Shown: one piece after another, positions 11,585 to 21,748 of the stretch
Numbering within the stretch: position 1 is the stretch's first letter
How the letters are laid out: every line of letters starts with the position of its first letter
Assembly: GCA_026025795.1 (NCBI GenBank)
Contig: JAPEUG010000144.1
Span: 1-37,232, forward strand
Length of the DNA: 37,232 nucleotides
Direction of reading: 5' to 3'
From: Thelocarpon superellum
Lineage: Eukaryota
Made by a program: the position numbers and the translations under genes
Notes under the pieces: model-generated
The model's input: the letters and a program-made list of their open reading frames with translations, nothing else
Told to the model about the DNA's origin: nothing
Databases searched by the model: none

Positions 11585-11646
11585 CTGCGTATAGATTCGC
11601 CGTTAGCTGCCGTCGAGACAAAAATGCAGTGGCTCGTCCGACTGAC
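11585..11646 (-). other. Predicted 5'-UTR intron of acl1 (62 nt)
   Basis: On the minus strand: donor GTCAGT at 11646, branch GCTAAC, acceptor CGCAG ending at 11585, 27 nt upstream of the ATG. Confidence 0.7.
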
Positions 11647-12708
11647 CCAAGCTTCAAGCTTTGTCACGGTCTTGATGTGATGACACCCACCTGCCGAGTG
11701 TTGGAAGCAGAGCAATCACACCAGGGAACAGTGGAGAGGACGAGTGCAGAGTCTGTCCGACCTCGCTCAGCCTAGGGCATCAAGACAGGAAGATGGTGGA
11801 TCGTGATTTTGGCCTGAAGTTGACCGTCAACGGATAACAGCTTCGAGATTTAGACTTGCTGCTTCGCCCTGACGCTGACGCTCCGCAATCGACTCTCGAA
11901 ACTCTGTCCTGGCGCATTCACGCCTTGGCTTTTTGGTTGAGCGAGACTAACGAGGCAAGCGGTCTCGTTGCGTGCGGGTACGCAGGGACATGCAGCCCGC
12001 TAAGGGGGAACGGTACTCCCTGGCAGCGCACTAGGTTCCCAGCTACATGGAAAATGTTGGGGGAACGGAGCTACGGGAAGGCGAGCACTGCACCATCAGA
12101 GGGATGGCATCCCTCGAATTCCAAGTCCAGCATCCAAATGCCTTCACTGCCCCTCCAGATCCGTCAATCTGAGACCGCGAACGGCTCCGGAGGTACTCGT
12201 CAAGCGCAGCTCGGCGCCCGATGATAGACGGAAACACTCGGATGCGGGGGTCTCTTCGTATTCCTGCCTGACAGCTGAAGTGGAGCTGGCACTCGCTAGG
12301 TCGTGAGGGCCGATCGGTCTTACTCTTACGCGAGGCAGTGACGAGCGGTGTGCCACCGAACGCGCAACGTGCTAAGCAACCCCAACCCAAGAACTTTTTA
12401 GCCTGGGCTCAACCACGCCAACAACGCCAGTTCTCCTGCGGTGGAAGCTCTGTCTGCTTAGCGAGTCGGGTACGCAAAGCTACGTCGTCCACCACTGTGC
12501 CAGTCAGACGAGCAAGGAACAATCTGTTGGCCGACCAGCTTGCATCCGGCTCTTGTTTGTACTTGAAAGGTCAATAGGGAAAAGGACATTGTCGATTGGA
12601 CCAGGTCTCTCCGTAGAGGCACCACCTTCGCCCACATCAAGCCGACAGCCAAATCTCTCCCCCTCAATTGCACCGCCTCCTTGCTGATTCCCTTATTGCA
12701 CAGTCGAG
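11647..12708. promoter_or_regulatory. Bidirectional promoter region shared by acl1 and acl2
   Basis: Head-to-head arrangement with 1325 bp between the start codons and no credible CDS in between. Adjacent divergent acl1/acl2 genes are known from other filamentous ascomycetes. Confidence 0.7.
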
Positions 12709-12870
12709 GTACGTCAGTCCACCCAGTCTCCCTCGACTCGTTTCAGACGCTGCGGACGGCGGAGCCAAAGGCAGTGGGAACGTAGTGTACGACTCAGTCG
12801 TACTGTCCCCCTGCTCGTCCAGAAGACCATCCCTCAAAGGCACCGTGAGCTAAACAAGTCGACCTGCCAG
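12709..12870 (+). other. Predicted 5'-UTR intron of acl2 (162 nt) containing a hairpin
   Basis: Donor AG|GTACGT at 12709, branch-like GCTAAAC at 12849, acceptor CCAG ending at 12870, 12 nt before the ATG at 12883. Confidence 0.65.
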
Positions 12871-12882
12871 GAATCTTGCATC

Positions 12883-14511
12883 ATGTCTGCCAAATCCATC
12901 CTCGAGGCTGATGGCAAAGCCATCCTCAACTACCATCTCACCCGCGCGCCTGTCATCAAGCCCTCGCCATTGCCGGCATCCGGTGTGCACAATCCCGCCC
13001 CTCGACTGGCCTCGTTGTACTTCCCGGAGAATGCCTCCGTCAGCTCCGTCCTGGACCAAGCCGAATCCACCTATCCGTGGCTTCTGACCAGCGGTGCCAA
13101 GTTCGTCGCCAAACCCGACCAGCTCATCAAGCGGAGAGGCAAGAGCGGCCTGCTGGCCCTGAATAAGACCTGGCCCGAAGCCCGAGCCTGGATTGAAGCC
13201 CGCGCGGGGAAGAGCCAACAAGTCGAGACAGTTCACGGAGTGCTCCGACAATTCCTCATCGAGCCCTTTGTGCCTCATCCCGCCGGCACCGAGTACTACA
13301 TCAACATCAACTCGGCCCGAGAGGTATAAGGGCTCCCCTCCTCCTGTTATGTCGTACCCCGCTGACGGCGGCCTCAGGGAGACTGGATTCTCTTCACCCA
13401 CGAGGGGGGCGTGGATGTGGGTGATGTCGATGCCAAGGCCGAGAAGATCCTCATCCCCGTCGACCTGTCCGAGTTCCCCTCCAACGATCAGCTTGCTTCC
13501 ACGCTGCTCAAGAAGGTTCCCAAGGGTGTCCACAATGTCTTGGTCGACTTCATTGTCCGACTCTACGCCGTCTACGTCGACTGCCAGTTCACGTGGGTCT
13601 ACTCGCACCAATTCCCCAAGCAGAGGGGAATGCTGACAACTGCCCTTAGCTATCTCGAGATCAATCCCCTCGTCGTCATCCCCAACGCTGACGCCACATC
13701 GGCCGAAGTCCATTTCCTCGACTTGGCCGCCAAGATCGACCAGACCGCCGAGTTCGAGTGTGGGGTCAAGTGGGCCGTTGCCCGTAGTCCAGTCGCCCTG
13801 GGACTACCCGGCGTGACGGCGACAGACGGAAAGGTCAACATCGATGCTGGTCCGCCGCTCGAGTTTCCGGCGCCGTTCGGTCGAGAATTGAGCAAGGAGG
13901 AGGCCTACATTGCTGAGCTAGATGCCAAGACGGGTGCCTCGCTGAAACTAACGCTGCTCAACCCGAACGGCCGGGTGTGGACCCTTGTCGCTGGCGGCGG
14001 CGCCTCCGTCGTCTACGCCGACGCCATCTCCTCGGCCGGCTTCGCCGACGAGCTGGCCAACTACGGCGAGTACTCGGGCGCGCCAACGGAGACGCAGACG
14101 TACCACTACGCGCGCACTGTCTTGGATCTCATGCTCCGTGCCCCCATCCGCCCCGAGGGCAAGGTGCTATTCATCGGCGGTGGCATTGCCAACTTCACCA
14201 ACGTAAGACCGCTCGTCCCATGCGGGCCAATGGCAATGCTAACGGGGGTATCATAGGTGGCGTCGACCTTCAAGGGTGTCATCCGCGCGCTGCGCGAGTT
14301 CGCCGCGGTGCTGATCGAGCACAAAGTGCAGATCTGGGTGCGCCGCGCTGGCCCCAACTACCAGGAGGGTCTCAAGAACATCAAATCCGTCGGGCAAGAG
14401 CTGAAGCTCGACATCCACGTGTACGGTCCGGAGATGCACGTCAGCGGCATCGTCCCCTTGGCCTTGGTGCCGGGCAAAGACATGGGTGGCGTCAAGGAAT
14501 TTGGGGGTTGA
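12883..14511 (+). CDS. acl2: ATP-citrate lyase subunit 2 (ATP-grasp / citrate-binding subunit), ~487 aa; exons 12883-13323, 13378-13592, 13650-14202, 14257-14511
   Basis: Motifs [84 protein letters not shown] and [11 protein letters not shown]. Introns of 54, 57 and 54 nt. Confidence 0.97.
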
Positions 14512-17444
14512 GTCCTCCGGTGCATGTAGGGAGCCGCTGTGAAATCCAGAGCGTGATCGGAGTGCCTCATCGCGGTGATGCGGTAGTCAAGGCGTAGTCA
14601 AGCCCATGATGATCCTCAAAGCGGAGCGCATCTGCTGCAATCTGAAGGTATGGGTCTCAAATCACTTAGGATTGAGGTACATGGAGTTGGAACAGTAGAG
14701 GGCACATCGTCACTCCTCAACCCGCGCGACCCCGAAAGATGCAACAGCTCAACCTCACGTCCTACGATTCCGTCTCGCACCGTCCGCTCCTGACCGGACG
14801 TTAGACAATTTCCCGGCGTGTGATGCACTAGCACTGATCCTCTTCCATCTGCTCGGTGACTGAGGGTGGCGAGATAAAAATGAGGATCGTTAAGGTTCGT
14901 CGATCGGCTTCCCCACGATCCCCACAGGACCGATCCGCATCTGCCCCGCTTCCGAGACCTTCCGCCCCAATGCTGTCGTGCGTCGGGGAGAGGGCAGTGG
15001 CGGTCGACTGCCTGAATCATCCGGGTTGCATGACCGTTCTTCCGTCTGACGGCGTCTGCCGGTCCGACGACGTCAGCGGGCATCGGAAAGACTACGGTGA
15101 GGAGACAGAGGATGGGAATCAGATGAATGGGAGTGGGTAAGAAGCATCTGAAAGTGACGTATCAATTTGGCACATGAACTCCTCCGCCCAGGCAAATAGC
15201 GCTTATGCCAACGTAAGGTATGTTCGTCGGGTCGGGTGTTTGTTCCGTCGTCATTGTTCGAGCTTGTCTCACACCCTCCAGGCTGTTCTCGAGCCCGACG
15301 TCGGACGCGGACTGGCGCTCTTGGATGCACCCGACGACACCAAATCCAATCTCGATACCAACCTGGAAGGCCAGGTCCCGGCCGGACGAGGCCGACGACG
15401 GCCGGCTCCATTAATGGTGGCGAGCTGACACCCGACGGGGAATGTGGACAAATGGCCTGTTTCGGGCGTGCCCTCCATATTCGTCACATGGGTGGGGCCG
15501 AGCCCCGGGTGTTCGGAGGAGCTGCTTTGGGACAAAGGAGATTCCCATTAGGACGAGGTGGAGGAAGGGCAGAGTTTGGAGGACGCCGCAGAAGGGACAC
15601 GGAGTATCCCTTCGCCGTACAACGGTGCACTATGGAGTTCTCCTGCCCGTACAACGGCTCTTGGCCGCCAATGGTCGTGGCCTATCCATGGTTCGTTGCG
15701 TGTCACTCAGCTCAGACGGGCATGTGCACGGGATTCCTGACCTAAGGTTGGCTCTCCAACGCTTCCGTACATGCTCCATTCGGCTAAGGAGGGAATTTGT
15801 CCGAGGCGACCTCAACAGACAGGCCTCAACGGACAAGCAGGATTGTGTTTGTCGGCTGCTAAAAATGGACCGACACTGCGGCCTTGCGATTCCTGCCTGG
15901 CACGCCGGGGGAATTTGCGCCCTCGGCAGCCTTATCCTCCGTCGGGATGCCGTCACCATCCTTTCGCGGAGCGAACGGAGAAATCCATCGTCGGCAGAAG
16001 CGACCGTTGGGTGACCATGCGCCGGTGCCGTCATCACCGGGACGATTCCAGCTGAGGCGCAACGTTGCGCCCTGCCCGAATGGACCGATGACTGGCCGAA
16101 CTCGGCGCCTCACGAACTCTTGCGCCTGCGACACAAACGCGTCGATGGCGCTGCACGTTCTCCCTGTGCGTGCTCCCTGTACGTGCTCATTCGCCACGCT
16201 TAGCCGGCTTGGGACGCTCGCCGACCACAGGCCCCGGGCTTGGACGTTCCTTTCGTTAGTGCCGGTGGCGCCGGCCGCCGTACGTAAACTCGGCTGGGCA
16301 TCTTCGTACCTGCGTGCTCCCTAGGCATACCAGAAGCTGAATAAGATCGGCCGCGCCCGCTGATTGGTCCCACCGTGATGGCCAAGCCCGAGGCGATGAT
16401 GATTGGCTCGTGAGGGGCGACCTGCGACCCAAACGTCTCAGGAGACCGCTTAGGGTAATCTCGGAGTCGTAACACGCGGCCTGTTGATCCCAGATCTCGA
16501 CCCCCCCTCCGCCGCATGTCTCTCCAATCGGTCCTCGCTTGCGCTGCCCGCCGTTCCTCATGCCGTCTCGCCCCAACGCCACTGCTCTTGCCGTCCACAC
16601 CGACCCTCTCCGCGGTCCTCCGGCCAACCAGGCGCGACGTGACCGCGCACCCTAACGGCACCGCTCATCATTCTTCCCCCATCTGATTCGGGGGTTCCCC
16701 AGCCCCTTCCTCCCCAGGACATTCGAAACCTCGGTTGACGGGAGATCACGACTCCGCAAGCGGAGAGCCCACGCGATTCATCCTGGCCACCCGTGGCCGT
16801 CCGCGGCTACGGAGGCCTGGGAGCGGCGGGCTACACCATGGCATAACTGGCCAGCAAACAAGCCGGACCGGCACTACTCGGACGCGCATGGCAGCAGTGC
16901 CACGGAGGACAGGGCCTTGAACAAATGATGCAGGTCGGGGCGGGACCACGGGCCCCGTGTCTGCACCACGACCGCCGATCCCCGTGCGTTGCAGCCGGAC
17001 GACAGGGTTAGCGGTAGGCGTGTGCCAAGGTTGATGAGTTATGGTGCCCCGGCGCCAGGGACCGGCTGATATTTTGGTACCTGCCGCGGTCGGATTAGAG
17101 ACCAACTGGGCTTGGGGGCGTGAGGCCTAAGAGGGAGCTCGGTCCACCGCCCGGCGGAAGGAATGGCTTGATTACATGTGAGCGCGACCTGGAGCGCCAA
17201 AGCTTGTGCCCCACAAGATTTTCCCAGCTACTACCGCCACCTAGCTTCCATTACTCGTCCGTCGGCCTTCCCCTACTACTTAAGACTCCGCTCCCAGCAC
17301 CTCCTCCCAAGATCTCCGTACCCTTCCAATTCTTCACCTCGCCGTCTCTCCTCCGCCGTCGTCCAACTTCCTTTCGCGTCCGTCACTGCCGTCACTGCCG
17401 TCACTCGCTTCCGGCCTCCGACCCTCTACGTTCACGTCGTCATC

Positions 17445-18095
17445 ATGAAGTACTCCGTCATCGCATTGGCCGCCGTGGTCGCCACGGCCAGCGCCCAGCT
17501 CCCCAGCATCCCGTCGTGCGCGGTAAGCCGGCTTTGCCTCGCGATTGCCTGAGCGCCACTGACATTCTGGCAGACCAGCTGCTTCATCACGGCCCTCAGC
17601 GGCGATGGCTGCGCCTCGCTCACCGACTTCAAGTGCCATTGCTCCAAGGGCTCGCAATTGACCGCCACGGTCGAGCCCTGTCTGATCAAGTCCTGCACGA
17701 GCCAGTCGGACCTTCTTGCTGCCGCCAAAGCCGTGTCGGATACGTGTGCAAGCGTGGGCGAGCCCATCGCCGTCCCGTCGACGATGCCATCCTCGTCGGC
17801 CGCGGCGCCCGCCTCGTCGGCTAGCTCCAGCGCCGCCCCTCCCAAGTCCAGCGCCCCGGCCTCGTCTGCACCGGCTGCCTCTGCCGGAAGCTCCACCACC
17901 ACGGCCTTGACGACCTACACCACCACGAGCTGCAGCAGCACGGGCGCGGCCGCCGCGACGGGCGTTGCTCCCACTGGAGGCATCACCGGCAACTCCACCT
18001 CGGCCATTCCCTTCACCGGCGCCGCCAGCCAGCTGACGGCGTCGGCCGCCACCAGCTTCGTCGCTCTCGCTCTCGTCGCGCTGTACGCCTTGTAG
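17445..18095 (+). CDS. Secreted, GPI-anchored CFEM-domain protein, ~199 aa; exons 17445-17522, 17574-18095
   Basis: Signal peptide MKYSVIALAAVVATASA; eight-Cys CFEM pattern PSCA|TSC..GC.SLTDFKCHC..PC...C...C; Ser/Thr/Ala-rich stalk; GPI-type C-terminus FTGAASQL...FVALALVALYAL. Intron 17523-17573 (GTAAGC..CTGAC..CAG). Confidence 0.93.
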
Positions 18096-18500
18096 AGGGA
18101 GTGCGATGACGAGTATGGATCACGGGACCCTGGCGGACGGCGGCGTTGGACAAGGACGAGGCATGGGCCGGGCCACCGATGGCCGGGCTTGTGCGCCCGG
18201 CCACCCGAAAAGATGACGCACTTTTTTCTTGCTTCATCGGCATGTCACTCTTTGGGGGTTTGGATTTGGCACACGCGTTGTGGAGCCATTCACTCTTGAC
18301 GGCTTGCATAGCTACACCGCGTACATACACTGTACTTTTAATTAATCTAAACCACGCGTCCCATTCACCGTCAGATTCTCCGTGTAGGATTAGGTCTCAT
18401 TCGTGACGCCATTCCCCAATGACTGTCATTCTCACCGCGTCCATCTCCAACTCACCGTGAGCTGTTCCGGCGACGTCATCCTTCCAAGCTCCAGCTCGGT

Positions 18501-18570
18501 CGGCGCGACATACGGCGCGACATACTATGTCGCAGTTGCACAATGTCACAATGTCACAATGTCACAATGT
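18501..18570. repeat. Adjacent short tandem repeats (CGGCGCGACATA) x2 and (CACAATGT) x4
   Basis: Seen at 18501-18524 and 18539-18570. Confidence 0.9.
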
Positions 18571-21500
18571 CGCACCGATCATGCCGCGCTTGTCAACACT
18601 GCAACCAAACTTCGTTCCACCGTCTGGCGTGCCTCAAACCGACCATGCTCCAAAAGCGAAGGTCATCGGAACGCGCCCGACGAGTGTCGGTCCACTTGCG
18701 ACGATGAATCGCCTAGTGCTACAAAGGACACGCAAACGTGTGTCCGAGCGTGTCTCTGAACATGACCATGGCGGTTCCCTGAGCGTTGATTTGCTTCAGC
18801 TATGGCTTTCCTGCGTGTCGCGCGTGGAGATCTTCGTGCGTGATGTGCATCTCAGACCCATGCCCATGATCTGCTCGGCTGCAGAACCCTCGTCCGGAAA
18901 GGGGCCAGACAGCGAAGAACGGCCGGGGCCGTTGCGTGTGTGTGCGAATGAAAGCCTCCCTGCCAAGCCAGACTCGCTCCTCGCTCTGCGAGGTTTACTA
19001 TCTTTAGCTTCCAACCTTAACCACGTTTGCAGCAGCGAGATATGGCGCTCGTGCCACTCGTGCCCACTACTCGGACCGGCTGGGACGAGTATTAGGAACG
19101 AGTACCTACGAATATGGTGCGGGCGCGAGTACTCGTACTACCACGCAGGTACGCGTATCGCACCGCCAGTAGTCAGGTACCCGCAACCCCCCCTCCCCAT
19201 TTCCCGCTGCACCACACCAGACCATTGGCAATTTTACTCGTGCAGCGTGCACTATGGCCGTAGCGTCCCGTACTACTCGACTGATATCGCTAATTACTCA
19301 GACGAGTTCCACACGCCGGGGGCCGGTTGGTATGTTCGGTCCGTGCGCTCGTTGAGGAGTGAGAACCGCGCGAAAAACATGCCAACGTTATTTGCCTCAT
19401 ACTCACAACATTCTCGTCGACGTATCCGCTTCTTTGCAACCTTGGCCAGCTATTCTCCGTCAACGCTGTTACGGTCGCTCCACATGCCTTTTCGCGTACC
19501 CTGAGACGAGGTCGGGTAGTGACTACTCCTCCTGCCGCCTCGATACGGTCCCACCAGGACCAATGATCCTGCTCTTATCATCTTAGTAAGATAAGGGTCG
19601 TCGGTGCCGAGTACCCATCGGGGCGCGACCGTCGAACGCGTATCCTTGTGCACGAGTACCCTTGTGCACGAGGACGGGTGGAAAGTACTTGCATGGAAAG
19701 CGCCAGTTCGGTGGCGGTGGTGCAACTCCACTCGTTTGATAAACGGGCTGTCCCGTCAATCACGCCTGCGCCTGCCTGGGCTGAAACCCATTCCACTTAT
19801 GCAGCAGCCTAAATGTTCTTTGACACTGTTAATGCCTGACCAACACCGCGTCCGATAGCCGTGCTGTCTGACCTTAACCAGCATCTTCCCAGCACAACTA
19901 ATGTCTGAAACTGAAGAGATGTCGGATTCTGTTCGTGCAGTTATCCACAGCACCACATCTGATGAGATTGCATCAGGTTTGAATTGGTCGAGTCGATCAA
20001 GACGTTCATGACTTGGGCGCCGCTCTAAAGCCACGGCACCCTTCCAGAACTTGAGGCCGCTAACAGGAAACCTGCCACCGGCGTGACCGGGTAGGAGGGT
20101 CCTGACCTGCTTGTGATTACCAGACGAGGGCTTCATTTCCACGATCTCTGGCCTGGCGTCGATAGGAAAACGTGAGAAGAAGTTGTGCAGACAATAGTGC
20201 ATCCACGGGAGATTGTGCTGCGCGGAGGGCAGGGGACTTCCCTGAATCAGCCAGCCGTATGGACCAAGCCGTGTGCCGTGTCTCGGCCACGGGCGCAAAG
20301 CACCGAGATCAGGTGACTTCCTCGCCCTCGTCCAAAGCCTCCTCCACCGTTTTGGTCGCGGCGTTAGTAGTTGTCCATGAATAGCTGTCATGCCGGTCAA
20401 ACGGTACCGAAACGCGAGCGTGTCGGTAACGGTCCGGTGACAGCGCCCCGCCAGACCCTGGCCGACGTGCGGGAGGATTGCGCACGGATCTATCGTGGCA
20501 GTGATGAGGATCATCCCGACGATCTTTCCTGAATGCCGACTTCCCACGTGTGGGAGGAGACCGGGCATGAAACAGTGCTGGGGGCTCTTTCGTTTAGCGT
20601 CCGTGTCGCCCTATAAGTGATCCTGTCTACTAAAGTTCGTAACTTGGTCTTGCCCGAGGTGTTTGACGATGACGCCGCTTCCTCGCGAGTACCCTTCCCT
20701 CGGCCATGTTTCGTGACGCCAACAAGGTGATTTGATCGTACTTAAATGGGACAAGAAATTCTCGATCAAGCTATCGACATGATCGTTTTACGAATGTCCC
20801 CATCAAAAATTACGGTTCCATCGATGAGGACAGAAAAGTAATGGAATAGAACTATAAGGCTTGTCTGAATTGAAAGTGCAGGTGGGTTTAGAGAGCCCGT
20901 GGTAGTTCGGCGGACGTAGTCTTGACGAGATGCTAAGATAATATTAAATTCCCCCAAATCCCCTCAAACGCAATTGACCAAGTGAACTGCGTCTATTTCT
21001 CAGCTGCGAGGGCAGGCACGACACCGATCATTTGCATCGTACCCTCCATGATATTAAATGGCTTTTGGCTCGGTTAGATTCCGATGGGTATTTACAAATA
21101 AAGGCCATGAGTTCAAGTTCAGAGTGGTCATGTCGCTATTCTGACGTGTCATGGGCCAAGAACAAGGCGCGGGCGAGAGCGAGGCGAGAGCGAGTCAAAC
21201 AGACCAAAGTAGCAAGACAGGTAGCGAAGAGGAATGATATATGAAGTATCAAGCTCCCCGTGTCGTACAGCTCTTAAGAGAAGAGTGAATGCAGTGTAAT
21301 GATGATGCAAATCTCAGGCAGGACCGACCGGTGGTCCGACGCGGGGTGAGAGACCCAGCATGCGTGGAGGATGCATGAGCTATCATGTCGCCCAGGGCGC
21401 GGGGACAGGCGAAAAAGCTTGGCGGGCTCCTCGGTACCCGATTTCGCCGTGTGTCGGCTCTTCCACCTTTGCGCATCATCGCCATCTCGAATTCTGCCGC

Positions 21501-21748
21501 ATCGGGCAACCACGACATCGTCACGGCGCCCGGCGCCCCGGACGACCAGAGTTGTTGACAGCGTTCTGCGCACGACACACAACCCTCCGCCAAAATGTCA
21601 ACAGATCATTTGTTATCCCGGCTCGGCTCGCGCCTCTGCTCCGTCTTCTCTTCTCATCTCCACACTCCAATCGCTGCAACGAAGACGCTTCCCGCAAGCA
21701 AGACGATTCCTGCAACAAAGATCATCATAACCATCATCTCGGGTCATC

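Noticed and set aside
5780..14511. Lipid-metabolism gene cluster (phospholipase plus ATP-citrate lyase)
   Set aside because: Adjacency alone is not evidence of co-regulation. The genes are convergent housekeeping genes and there is no PKS, NRPS or FAS backbone or cluster regulator in the window.
15412..15414. Premature stop correctable by fungal A-to-I editing between two in-frame ORFs
   Set aside because: TAA would need two edits and neither flanking peptide resembles a known protein.
20370..20410. PFDRHD peptide on the minus strand resembling the holocytochrome c synthase motif
   Set aside because: The following Trp and all flanking HCCS motifs are missing; probably coincidence.
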